From positions 100,132,001 through 100,196,000 of the forward strand of contig NC_087436.1 in assembly GCF_036321535.1 (NCBI RefSeq): a DNA stretch of 64,000 nucleotides, written 5' to 3'. The notes under the pieces were generated by a model. It was not told the DNA's origin. It saw nothing but the letters and a program-made list of their open reading frames with translations, and did not search any database. Source of the stretch: Camelus dromedarius. Taxonomy: Eukaryota. The translations under genes were made by a program, and so were the position numbers. The first letter of the stretch is position 1. Each line of letters starts with the position of its first letter. Shown here one piece after another: positions 27,000 through 39,664 of this stretch.

Positions 27000-27780
27000 T
27001 TCTCTTCTGTCCTACAGATTATCCTAAAGCTCTTCCCTAATAAAAACCTTCAAAGCCCCTCGTTGCTCTTAAGATAATAATCCAAATACTTCTCTACACA
27101 ATTTTGCCTATGGTCTTGGTTTAATTATTAATAGCTCCTCCTTTAACTCTTTAAACTCCTCCTTTAACTCTAATTGCAGCAATAAATACATGTTTCCAGC
27201 CTACCTGTAAGTTCTTGCAGGGTTTGACCTTAGCCCCATCACCATCCTTATTTCTCACCCCCTCTCCCTAGCTGAATCTACACACTGGAGCTTACATTTC
27301 TCACATGCTCCTTCCTTTTTCAGAATGCTTGGGCTTGCTTTGTCATCTGTCTTCTGTCCCTTTCTATCCACCTCTGATGACTCATATTTGTGAAATTAAA
27401 CACTACTCAGCCTTTAAATATTAAATCAATAAAGAATTTTTAAATAAAGCAAAATAAAACAAACTTTTTTGACCAGTTACATACTCACCATATATGACAA
27501 AAACCTGGCCCTAGAGTAAAACAAATAAATACCTCTGACATGAGTTCTCATAGTTCTCAGTATGAAGCTTATATTTAAATAATAAATCACATAAATGGAT
27601 TTTTCTCTGGCAGAACATAAACTCTAAGTTTGCCCTATTTAGTATTTGTCTTCCTTAATAGAATCCAGACTCCTTCAGGACAAGTATTATCATCTCTTCT
27701 TTACTCCAGTTTCTTCAAGGGCCTGATACCATTCTTGACAGATGCAAGGCTATCAGTGAATCTTTGTTAGAAGAAAAAAT
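27000..27780 (+). mobile_element. L2 fragments (with a unique gap at ~27420-27630)
   Basis: aaaaccttcaaagcccctcgttgctcttaagata; 3' end gactccttcaggacaag...gcctgatacc...tttgttagaagaa. Confidence 0.6.
27489..27510 (-). CDS. Candidate 22-nt microexon (GQVFVIY in one frame)
   Basis: tttatttgttttactctag | ggccaggtttttgtcatatatg | gtgagta; good acceptor and donor. Confidence 0.25.
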
Positions 27781-28288
27781 GAAGATGGGTTCAAGGAGAG
27801 AATGGGAAATTCTCAAATTAGGTTTCTCAAATTAGGAAATGTGAGTTTAATTCTGAGTCAGGAAATAGTGATCCCATTTTCCATTTAGGAGAAAAAAAAA
27901 AAAAAAGAATGGGATTATTTGCTAGGCAGTTTCCAGAGTATGATGCATTGTGGTGTAAAATGGGCCGAGTTTTCCTGATGCAATTTACAAGAGACAGCTG
28001 AATAGAACTCCAACAAAATAGTGCTGAGCAGCTCTTCAGGGTAAACAGCAGTTGAAAAATGAGATGTCCAGCAGACAGGGAAACCAATCCTACCAATGGA
28101 CATCACTGTCGGAAAGAAATTACCGAACGGAGGTCTGGAAATCCCCTCTAACTTGCAGCACACTGGAGAACAATCAGAATCAGGGTGGCACACGTTCCTA
28201 CTTAAAGATTTATGCTCACCCTGTTTCCCCAATCTTAGCTGAATTTGATATTCTATTCATTGTCAACTGGTACAAATTGGTAACTTAC

Positions 28289-28381
28289 TTCTGTAAACTT
28301 GTCTGTATGTTGGAGTCCATAAAGCAATTTTCCACCTGGTAATGTGTGCAGTTGGAGAAGTAGCATCTCTTGGTGGGAGCC
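28289..28381 (-). CDS. Candidate 93-nt exon (open in all three frames)
   Basis: Acceptor ...gtgttctccggtaacttag; donor GAA|gtaagt. Confidence 0.25.
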
Positions 28382-28706
28382 CTAAGTTACCGGAGAACAC
28401 AAATGGAAGGGACATTATACCTCTTTACTATGAGCTGTCAAGTACCTAAAAGTGTTTACATTTCAGAAATAGAAAACCTAACTATAGAATTGTTTTAATT
28501 ATATATAACAATCCATTCTGACCAGCTCTTTAAAGTAAACATTATGGTATCTTACATTTCTCAACTTTGAGTTTTTTAAGTAAAATTGTATTCTCAATAT
28601 CTTCCATAATTCAGATTTACATTCGAGCAACCTAGCAGCATAAGCCAGCCAAAGCATAGGGCAGCCGAATTTAATATTTGTGGTTAGAAGAAACAAGTTT
28701 ATAAGC

Positions 28707-28727
28707 CACACACACACACACACACAC
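28707..28727. repeat. (CA)n microsatellite
   Basis: Seen directly. Confidence 0.9.
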
Positions 28728-31246
28728 GAGATAAAGGAAGTGGTCTTTTGTAGTTTCTTTAAATTACATTATTTTTTAAAAATACATGATTCTGAAAGAG
28801 AAAATATGTTACTTGAAATGTAGAAATTCCCTACTGTTTTGATAAAAGTTGTATTTCTATGAAAGATATATGATTATTGAAAGTTGTGAATATGTTTTAA
28901 CCTTCCAGGGATGAAATGAACAGTAAAAAATAAAATATGAACAAAAAAGCATTGTAATTCTTATCTTTGATAAAAACTGAGAGCTTTGGGCTGTACAGGG
29001 AATCACACTGGTGCCTTGGAATGAAATCCAAGGTTACAAAATTGCTCTGAATTGATCTCTTATGATTTTTCAAACCAAGCATTTGAAAGTTTTGCCCAAA
29101 AGGAAATAAATACTGTGGGGAAAAAAAAAAAAAAACCTCAGAGCTTTGGGAAAATTTTTTTTAATTTTTAAATCATGAATGTTTATGTTCACCGAGATTC
29201 AGTCTTTGGCTAGTTTTCCTTACTCTAAATAGTCTGAGAGACTAAACCATTTTTACAGCTTCCAATTTACTTCTATATGTACATTACATATTAAATATAA
29301 GACATATTATATTAAAGTATATACCTATATGTGCACAATTAGGGCATTAAAGTATGTATCGCTGCTTTAATTATTGTTTCCAAATGCCATATTTTCACTG
29401 GGGTTGTTTGCTATCCTCTAACTATGGCACATCTTAACCAACCTCTTCCTCCCATTTTGACTTTTCTATTTCTGTTAATCATAATAGTCATTTAAGTTCA
29501 AAATTACTTTTTTCATAAAGCTCTCTCTTTCACTAACTTTACCCCCTTGTCTGATAAACCTGCAACATTAGATTCTCTCTATATGAAACACTCTTTGATG
29601 CAAAGCAAGTTACAAATAAGTAAAGAAGCAAATGCATACATCAATAAATAAAAGCAAAATTCATTTCCATATCCTAATAAAGAGGATTAAAAGCTTTTTG
29701 TAAATATATTCTCTTGATGAACCCTTCATAGTGACGTTTATCCATCACTTTCATCCTGGTCACACTTGCTTTACTCTAATTCAGAGCATCGCACCCAACC
29801 AGTCAAGTAAAATCCTCACCTCCTTTCTAAGCGGCACTCTATAGCCCTACTGATGTGTTCATCTTACCGCGAAACAGAACAAGGCAGTCAAACAAAACAA
29901 ACAAAAAAGAAAACAAAGCAGCTGAAAACGATAGCAACACAAACAAAATCTTTATTTTGGCCTCTAGAAAGTGTCCGGCAACTTGGCGCCTTGCTGATTC
30001 TAACCCCAAATTGTTTTTTGGACTTTATATTGCTGTCACACTTGCAGTTCTACAACTAACTGTGCTTTTTTTTTCCCTGCTCTTCAGTCTTCGTACATAC
30101 AGTTCACTCTGCTGGGCGCAACCCTCAGCCATCTCCCTTCTCTCCCTCAACCATCAACTCACTAAGTGATACTCATCCTTCAGTTCTCAAGTTAGAGATG
30201 GATTTCTCTTCACATCCTTGTAGAAACAGTTACGGATTCAATTCAGTACCACTTCGTATCTCAGTACATTTAGTTTGTTGTTGTTTTTTCCCTCTTATAC
30301 ACTTCATTGAAACTAATTGAAGGTGCTGATTAACATTTTTATCTCACTGTTGCATTACGCATATATACCAATTTCATGCTTCAAACTATATTCAGTGACA
30401 AAGATTATCCAGCTGGTGTCCTACCAGCTAATTTTCTGCTGAAGTGTTTCATGTGATTCAGACTGTTCTATCTGTCCTTCATGCCTGTGTTTTCCACACA
30501 TACTACAGAAAAATATTTACCATTGAAACCCTTCCCTTATTTCTCTATACCTCAGAAATCATCTCTATCCTTGGATTCAGAACCATACTATCTCCTGCTT
30601 GAAATTTTCTCTTAATCACCGTAATATGGTGATCCACACTTCTATACAGTTAAAAGTTTTTACTCCTGAATTATATTTATATTTTCAGATGACTGTGTGT
30701 TTGTCTTCACATAAATTGCCACCTATTTGTGGTCAAACACTGGGATATATAGACACATTTTTTGTTGTTTTTCTGATACCACAAACAAAACTGTGTAAGG
30801 TCATTTCACTTAGTATATGATCAATATAATTTTCTTGATTTTTGAAAGTTTATATTTAACTTTTTTCAAGTTAATATAAACCATCTACTTGCATCCATAA
30901 GGGAGCAACTTATATTGAAGGAGCCCGCTCCCTGTAGATACCTAACAACTAGATACATTTAACAAACATATAAAACATAAATGTGGTAAGCATGAGAATT
31001 ATCATGATTTATTGTATAAGTGCACTTTCTGGGCTGGTGTGCAGGGAAAGAAAAGTAAAGCAAAGAAAATGATCTTGCTGAACAGAGAAGAGACTAGGAT
31101 TCAGGGAGACAGAAGTAGCTGGAATTTGCAAAACAAAGTACCGGAGAAAAGATACTTATACAAAGACAGAGCTTGAGAAATATGTATGATCCTCTTGGTA
31201 AGTGAGAACCCTGTTCACTGCATAAGTTTTTCCTACTTTGCTGCAG

Positions 31247-31445
31247 GTGACAACGGCAGAAACTAGAACTACAAACTGAAAATCTGCAAATCCATCAGGG
31301 CTAATTTCAGCGCAACTCTTTATAATGACACTCCCATAATAAAGGAAAAATCCAGGACAAATTCTGGATTTAGGCCACAAGTGTGACCTCAGTCTGTCAG
31401 TGCAAGAGAGGAAACGTGCTCACCTATAACAGTATAAACCTCAAG
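31247..31445 (+). ncRNA. Candidate non-coding exon (199 nt)
   Basis: Acceptor tttttcctactttgctgcag; donor AAG|gtgagt; stops in all three frames; G-runs downstream. Confidence 0.3.
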
Positions 31446-32029
31446 GTGAGTAACAGTGAGAAGAGGCTTAAAAAATCAGAGGAGGGGTTGAGGGAGGGGA
31501 AGGGGAGGGGAGAAACAAAGAGAAAGAGGAGAAAAAGAATAAAAACACCGTATGAGAGAAAGAAAAATCTAATATTTAGCTGCCATAATGTAGACAAAGC
31601 CTCTAGAATGGGTGCAACATCACTACTTTTTTTAAGTCAAATTAATTTTGTGCTGCTATATGGAAATCTACTATAGAATTAGATAAAGAAAAGGAAAAAA
31701 AAAAAGAGAGCCTGTGATCAGCAAATAGTTTTTGGATTATGTTGAATTGAATCCAATTTTAATAAAGGGAAATGGCAAGGACCAAACAATGAAGTAACTG
31801 CATACGAACAGCAACAAAGGAAATGGTAAGGTTTGCTTCATAATAAGAGTTGCTTTTAAACATTGGAAAGGAATGAATTAAACTTACACTAAGGGCCATC
31901 TGGGGATTTTACAAAGGGGAAAGTGAAGCACTAAGAGGATCAATTGTAACTTCACATAAGTAATATCTTTTTAATAGAAAAATTGTTTAAAATAATATGT
32001 ACTGCATGGAATGCAATACAATTTTAGTA

Positions 32030-32530
32030 ATTAATGTATCCATTTATTTCTGTGTCTGTTAACAGTTATGAAATGTCCACTGGTAGGCATGATGAAAAAA
32101 ATTAAATAGTTCTGACCCTCCAGAAACTTATTGTTTAGTGAAGGGATATGAACACACAAACATATTCAAAAATGGAAATTAAATTTGTGATCAGGAGAGT
32201 AAGCACACTTTGTAGCCACATGGCCTGGTGTCAGTTCCAAGCTGAACCACTTGTTTGCCTCTGGAGAAGTTAAAAAAATCCTATGAGCTCCTACGTCTCA
32301 TCTCTATACCTGGGATAATAGAATTTATTATAAAATAAAATGGTGAAAGTGTAATGTATTTTGCACAGAGACTGGGATATAGAAAACAAAAATCAGTACC
32401 TATTGTCTGGAAGAGAGAACCACTGAGTTGAATCTTGAAGGACGAGGAAAATTGAGCAAAGGTAAAAAGCATTTTAGGCAGAGGAAGTACCGTGGGCAGA
32501 GGCGTGGAGGAATGAGAGCTTATGTTGCCT
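32030..32530 (-). mobile_element. L2 fragment containing an oppositely oriented MIR at ~32190-32405
   Basis: L2: tctgaccctccagaaacttattgtttagtg and gagttgaatcttgaaggacgag. MIR (+): ggcctggtgtcagttccaagct...ctcatctctatacctgggataata. Confidence 0.65.
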
Positions 32531-32643
32531 TGAGAAATAAGACATATTAAATTATCAGAAAACTGTGGAAAGAGCATCTATACCTGTAACTTAGATGCAG
32601 TCTTTTATAACAGCCTATGGGTATAAAACGAAGCTTTCACAGC

Positions 32644-32795
32644 CAGTCTTCTCCTGGTATACGCAGAGGAATGGTCCCAGGACCCTCTGCGGATTTCAGA
32701 TGCTTAAGTCCCTCATATACAATGATGTAGTGCAATGAATGCAGTCAGCTCTCCACATCCTGGACCTGGAACAAGCAGACATGGAGGGCCAGAGG
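32644..32795 (+). mobile_element. TcMar-Tigger MER2-like short DNA transposon
   Basis: cagtcttctcctggtatacgcagaggaatggtcccaggaccc...gatgcttaagtccctcatata...catggagggcc matches MER2-type ends. Confidence 0.8.
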
Positions 32796-35700
32796 GGCGA
32801 ATATATAGGCTACAATTTAGGCAAGTTATATGGCAACATGGAAGAGTTTCCTATTACAGTATTAGCTTAATGTGTTGCTTAACTCCGATTATCAACGGTG
32901 TGTTCAGTTTGCAAAGCAAACGTTGTAAAGGGATATTAGCCGAATCGTGAGACACTTTAGTATCTTTCAGGAAATCTTAAACACAGTTATGAAATCATAC
33001 TTGGTATGAATACTGTGTGTATTATACAGGCTCACCAAATAATTATACTTTAAGAGTAGGACAATTGGTATAACTTCAATAATGCAGGTTTAAAACCAAT
33101 TCAAGAACTCACCCATACAATGAATAATTAATTTATAGCACTTACTACTTTAAGCTAACAATTATTATAATAACAACCACCATTTCCTATGAGATTACTA
33201 TATAATTATTTAACGATACACAGTTATATATGTTTATACATATCTGTGTGTGTTTGTGTGGGTGAATGACAGTAGTAACTCAGTATGAAAATAACCTCTT
33301 GCATATTTAATTTCAATATTGGAATTGGGTATAATTCCATGAATTCAAGTACTCTTTACCTTGTTCACTGCTCTTTTCTTATTGCTTCAAACAGACCCTG
33401 GATTTTTGCAAATGCCAAGAAATACTTGCCGAATGAACAGCTCAATTATATGAAGAGAATCCATCCCTTAATTCACCCTAAGTCTGATCCAGGATGACAG
33501 TTCCCAAGTTCCCACCAATGCAGAATTAATGCGCAAATGATGCCCTATGTTCAGCTTAAATTCCTGCTGCGTTTGGGAAATTGGCAGAAGATAAACTTTT
33601 CTACATTAAATTTATATGCATTCCATAAAATAGTATCAATTTTAAATTCTAACCTAGAAATTATTTCTGGACCCACAGGATCAACTCAATGTAGTTTTTA
33701 AAATATTTCAATATGATGTTATCCATCTCCAGTGTAACACTGTCTCATGTAAGTTGAAGTAAATTTGAGAAAGAAGGGATGAATTGAGTATTGCAGGTCA
33801 AAGGAGGTCATGTGACTAAATTACAAAATAATAAATATGTGAGAAGCTCTGTATTGTAAAACATCCTAGTCCAATCGATTTAAGAAATGAGCTGTTGATT
33901 TCAGTGGCAGTCTTCTAACTGAAATGGTCCTCCTCTGATGAGGATCAAAGCTACACGGGTTTTACTTAACACTGCTGTCTCCTGACTCTTGCAGAACTCT
34001 TGATTGCAATCATTACACCGTAGAATTACAGGCTTAGTGAACATGTATTTCCAGTGTATGGTCTGGATGTTTTTACTTTCTTCCGGTGTTTATTACTAGA
34101 TAAAAATCCTGATAAGAGGAATATAGTCTGAGGAGACTTCCATGAGTTAGTTGGAAAGAGGTGTTCGGAAGTCCATGGGAAACGGAAGAAAGATACAGAA
34201 ATTTGGGCAATTTTTTTCTTTCTTATACCATTTTAGATATGTATACAAAACTATAATGCAAAAATATGTTTGCAATGCAAAAAAATTTTTCCTTTCTTGC
34301 TATATATCTTTCATATATAAGGAATAGGATAAAATGCTTAAAACCTAGAATGATTTTAATTATATATATATTCTTTTGGGGAAAGGAAAAAACCCACACG
34401 TCTCACCTGAACTGGGATCTGAGGAGCCATGAGTGGTTGCTGAATTGTGCCAGGCTGGGCTTTTGTCTATATGCTGATGAACAGCATCCCCCAGAAAGGC
34501 ATAATTAAGAACTGAGAGATAATAGTCTAAAGAGTAAACGAGGAAATGGGATGGTTTGTGAGTTCGGACAGCCAAAGGTATACATTGGATTCTGAAATAA
34601 AATCTCTACAAAGGAAGGCATCAAAAGAGAGTAGATTCAGAAGGATAACCAGAAGATAAACTAAGGCAAAGTTAAGATAGTGATAGGCAGTGGAGCGTGG
34701 TATTTTTCACAGAGTGCTCATGACTTTACCAATGTCCTACCAAAAGATGTACTCTCATTCTATGAACTCCTTCAGAGAAAATAAATCAAGCTTGTCAATA
34801 AATGGGAGAAAATATTATGTTCCCCAAACTAAGTGAGGTAATAAAGGGATAAGAATTGTTTCACCTACAAAAAAAAGTTGGAAATAAAAAATACTTAATG
34901 GGCAAGAAGGGCCAGTCAGTGTCATAACAAATCACCTCACACATTGTTTGATTTCCATGAAAGCACTGTGAAAAATTAGCTTCTGTGGTTTCTGTTAGGT
35001 TGACTGTCTTTTATTTGTTAACTCAGAAGGAGGCATCACTGGTTTTGGATGTGAAATTGAGATTACCTCTCTTTGGCTAATGATTAAGATCTCAAGTAGT
35101 GTGAACACAGAAATAGCTAAAGAAAAGTGGGCATTTTTATTATTTTCATAAGACTAAGGACATTTTAAGATTCCATTCCTATAGTAATGAAGCCCTGAAA
35201 CTGAGACACTGATTGACCATGTGACATTTATTTTCATGGCGCCAAGCTGACATTGTGAGAATACACTATGTGTATAATAAACAGAAATAACTAGTAATAG
35301 GAAAGTAACCAACCTAATAACCTCCTCTAATTTTATAGAAGAAGCAAAATAACCAACCAGCCAACCAATCAGCTAAACAAGCAAACAAAATACCTTTGTC
35401 CCATTGGGGAGGAACCAATGGATTTCATTCAACCAGTTGGGGATGAATGCTAATCTGACCTCCAGTGGAGGCTGAATTTGAGTGGTAGACTCTGAACATC
35501 CCTGTGTTTAACAGTCGCTGTTACAAGTTAACATCTTGTAAAGGACTCTTATAGTCCATGGCATATAAAAATTTATAATCTGGCTTTCAAATTAATTTGT
35601 AAAGTATCTACACCACTGAGCTCCAGAATAGATCACTGAATTAGTAAAGACCCTTATCCTCACAAAGCTTAATATCCAACTAATATTTTCTATCTTGTCT

Positions 35701-36245
35701 TATATTTACTCTAATGAACAATGAAAGCTTGGTTGGGCATAATAATAACTTTAAAATGATGTAAAGAGGTCTAAAATGTTTTATCTTTTTTCCAGGCAAT
35801 ACAAATTAGAAAGTGAAATGATCACATGAAAACTAGGAAGATGTAATTCACGAACATGTTTCAGTGAGAGTTCAAGTCAGTGCAAACCTTGTGTAATATT
35901 TTTGTATTTCACTCCTGATTATATTATTTTGGGTGTTAGCTAGTCTAACTCTCTTTCCCATCTTTTTTTCTGGCCTATATACATCAATGCACTTGTTACT
36001 ACCAGCATGATTATATGTTATTAGCTTACTTATGCAAAAGCTGTCAGATCTACCCTAGCATACAAGCTCTATAAGGTCAGAGAGGTGTGTTTTCTTCTTG
36101 ACTATTTTACCAGGGCCTAAAATATTATGGAGGTTGGGTATTTTTTGACTTGGATAAATTAATATGCTCAAGGCATATAAAATTTTTACTTTTTAACATT
36201 AACACCCACTTCATATTTTGAGGTAATCTACCATTTTATGAATTG

Positions 36246-36640
36246 TGGTAAGAAGGAGGACCTATATTCCAACTATGGAAACTTAAGATTCCAGATTGAC
36301 CTTCTTGGCCCATGAATCTAGATGCCCAGTTTCTTAGCCCAGGACTTTTTTTTGAAATGAAAGGAAATAACAATCGTAGGGTATTTGAAAAATCATTCCC
36401 TCTGCAGAGAAAATTATTAATTGTCCACAATGGTGTCAGTGGTGCTGAGGTTCTGGCAGGGTCATCAGTGGCCAATGGCATCAGCTGTGGCTGCAGAGTG
36501 ACCTGCCATTGTCCTGCTACTTAGACATCACTGACTTCTGTGCATTTCCTATATCTGACTCTGTATACTCTAAAATTGTCTACCTTTTTAATAAAGATAG
36601 ATGTATCATTTAGAACAAGGAACCCTGGTTGCTATACATA
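36246..36640 (+). mobile_element. Possible old LTR
   Basis: Starts tgtggtaag, has a GC-richer middle and AATAAA near the end; family not identified. Confidence 0.3.
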
Positions 36641-36672
36641 ATCTATAGGAATGTTGAGGCTTCAACTTTTGG

Positions 36673-37114
36673 AAAGTATGATGCTGATTTTATTTCCTTT
36701 GGCTGTATACCCAGACATGGGACTGCTAAATCATATGGTAGCTCTATTTTCAATTTTTTGAGGAATCTCCACATTCTTTTCCATAATGGTTGTACCAATT
36801 TACATTCCCAGCAGTGTACAAGTGTTCCCTTTTCTCCACATCCTCATCCACACTTATATTTTGTCTTTTTGGTAATAGCCATTCTAAGAGGTGTGAAATA
36901 ATACCCCATTGTGGTTTAGATTTGCTTTTCCCTAATGATCAGTGATGTTGAGCACCCCTTAAGGTACCTACTGGCCATTTTTATGTTGTATTTTGAGAAA
37001 TAGCCATTTGCAGCATTATTCACAATTGCCAAATGCAAAAATAACCTAAATGTGTGTTGACAGGTGTGAATGGATAATGAAAGTAGGACATACATACATA
37101 TATATGATGGCATA

Positions 37115-37150
<36 letters not shown>

Positions 37151-37671
37151 CACATATATATAGATCAAATATTATTCAGCCTTTAAAAAGAAGAAAACTC
37201 TGCCACTTGCTACAACATAGATGAATCTAGAGGACATTATGCTCAGTGAAATAAGCCAACACTGAAGGACAAATACTGCGTGATCTCACTTATACGTGGA
37301 ATCTAAAAAAGTCAAACTCATAAAAGCATAGTGGAATGATGGTTGCCAGGACCCACGGGATGTGGGAAATGGGGAAATGTTGGTCAAAGAGCACGAAAGT
37401 TTAGTTATGCAAAACGCATAAGTGCTGGAGATCTGATGTACAGCATGGTACTGATGGTGAGCAACACTGTGTTGCACACTTGACATTTTCTAAGAAGATA
37501 CGTGTTAAATCTTCTCACCACATATGCACACACACAAGGGAAACTAGTGGTGATGCGTAAGTTATTTAGTTTGATCATAGTGATTCTGGCACAATGCATC
37601 CATGTATGTAAAAAAACATTAAGTTGCAAACCTTAAACATATCTCAATAAAGTTGTCAAAAAAGTTTGATG
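36673..37671 (+). mobile_element. 5'-truncated, 5'-inverted L1 (L1MA9/10-like)
   Basis: ~36684-37006 is antisense L1 ORF2 end. ~37007-37660 is sense L1 3' end with AATAAA and an A tail. TSD aaagtatgatg/aaagtttgatg. Confidence 0.9.
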
Positions 37672-37784
37672 TGAGGAAATATTTCTTTCTACATTCTTTT
37701 ATATGATGGCTATTTCAGGTCTGTGTCTCAAAAATTATTCCATGTTTACCAAATATCAAGGCTAGCACATATCTCAAATAACTA

Positions 37785-37975
37785 GAACAATCATTTATTG
37801 CCTACTGTCTACAGAAGTCTGTGTTAAAGGCTTTTCAAGGAATAACTCCACTCAGGATATTACATAATATCTCATTATTAGCCTCCATTTTGTAGGTGAA
37901 AAGAATGAGATCTAGAATGAACAGATAAGATTACGAAATTGGTACTAGAATTTTATTCCAGATTGTCAATACACC
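37785..37975 (-). mobile_element. MIR SINE
   Basis: catttattgcctactg...cctccattttgtaggtgaa. Confidence 0.6.
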
Positions 37976-38399
37976 TGATGTAAAAAAACGTATGAAACCA
38001 TGCAATGATTCTAAGGATGTCTCCATGGCAACAGAGCTTTCTTGGTCTCTAAAATTTTACAGATCTCAACACATGAAATATCATAAAGCAGGGAGTAAAT
38101 AAAATCACATTTTGTCCTAGAAGTTTTTAGTAGAGTTTGTTTTCTCTGAAATCTGGATATCAATATCCATAGGTCACGATTCTGAAGCTACAAGTGGCCA
38201 GGCCCCCATTCAAACCTATGAAGTTGGGGTGGACACTTGAGTTGCTATAACTTCTCTGTATGGTTTGGCAAAATAAAATAATTCTCAAAATAAGTATAGC
38301 TCACAATCCTGCTTTCACTCAAATACATTATTACTGTCCCGATTTTTTAGCAGATTTTTGATGACTTGCTGAAGTTGTACAGGTGATGGAAAGAAGACA

Positions 38400-38585
38400 C
38401 AGATTTTTATCCAGGACAGCCACGTGCAAAGTTCTTTCCTACCAACCACTCTGAGGAAGACATTATTACTTCCATTTTAGTTATAGTTGTAGAAGCTTTG
38501 AGGAAGTTGCCTGAACTTCCAAAGTGTATCAGTTGTGAAGCCTCAATTTGATCACACGTCTTTCTAACCTGAGCCCACACACTTG
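38400..38585 (-). mobile_element. MIR SINE
   Basis: cattattacttccatttta...aagttgcctgaa...atttgatcacacgtc. Confidence 0.55.
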
Positions 38586-39154
38586 TAATTCACCTCCAGG
38601 GAACAAATTCTGATGACCTCCACCCCCACACGACATTCTTCTACCCTCTACTGAACAGCATAACCATCTGAAAAAGTACTTCAATTAAATCTTCAAATCC
38701 TGGCATGTATAAATTTTAAAATATGATAGGAAGTTTTTTTTTCCTCATTTAAAAATTGAAACCGACTCAGACTCAGACTTGATGGATGTGAATTCAACAG
38801 CTTATTATTTCTTTGAGGCTATTTTCTTCCTAAAAGTCTTGTCACTGTTGAAACAGAGCAGAAACTCACAAAATGCTGACATTAAACAAAGGGAGCCAAT
38901 TTCCAAAGAAGACTGTTTAAATATTCTGAGGTAGCATTTTCCTATCAAAGTGTAGAATTTAATTTTAATCCATAGCATTTAGTTAGAAGGATAGAAATGT
39001 GCAGTACTTAATACTAAGGTTAAGGACAAGTGAAAACATAATCTTGGAAAATTCTGAATTGATGAATTAAACCATTCATGTATTCCTTCATTAATATCAC
39101 AGCTATTGCTTCTGCTTTCATTCATTTTTTTCTTTTTCTTTTAAATAGTTTGGT

Positions 39155-39248
39155 TTAAGTGGTTAAAGAAATATTATATTGAACATACTTGATAACAATG
39201 TCTAGCATAAAGTAAATGCTCAATAAATATTAGCTATTATTATTTTAT
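39155..39248 (+). mobile_element. MIR 3' end
   Basis: aacaatgtctagcataaagtaaatgctcaataaatattagctattatt. Confidence 0.75.
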
Positions 39249-39613
39249 TAGCCCTTATTGAAGCATATATTAGCTCTGCTGAAAGCTAAAGCCCTTAGAG
39301 TTTTATGATTGATAACATAATATTACTGTAATAATAGGAATACCATAATAAGTAAATAGAAGAAGACGTAACAGAGAAAATGAAGCTTGAATTAAGCCAA
39401 AGATATTCTGAAACTCTTTATATAACCAATATTGTAAGCCATTATAAACTGGAGTCACTTTTATTTGTGGGTCAGGTCTGTTGAATATTAATATGTAATT
39501 AATTCCCTGAAACTTGGTTCATTAATCCACAGAACGACAATGATATTTCTGGAATGGCATTGTCTTAAGGTAGATCCATATGCTCCTTTGAAACAGAAGA
39601 AGGGAAAAAGAAT

Positions 39614-39664
39614 GGAAGGAAGGAAGGAAGAAGGAAGGAAGGGAGGGAGGATGGAAGGAAAGGA
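39614..39664. repeat. Imperfect (GGAA)n purine microsatellite
   Basis: Seen directly. Confidence 0.85.

Noticed and set aside
31198..31246. GT-AG intron between TTG|gtaagt and ctgcag
   Set aside because: 49 nt is below the usual minimum mammalian intron size, so both sites are unlikely to be used together.
36629..36901. 90-aa ORF
   Set aside because: Antisense translation of the inverted L1 segment.
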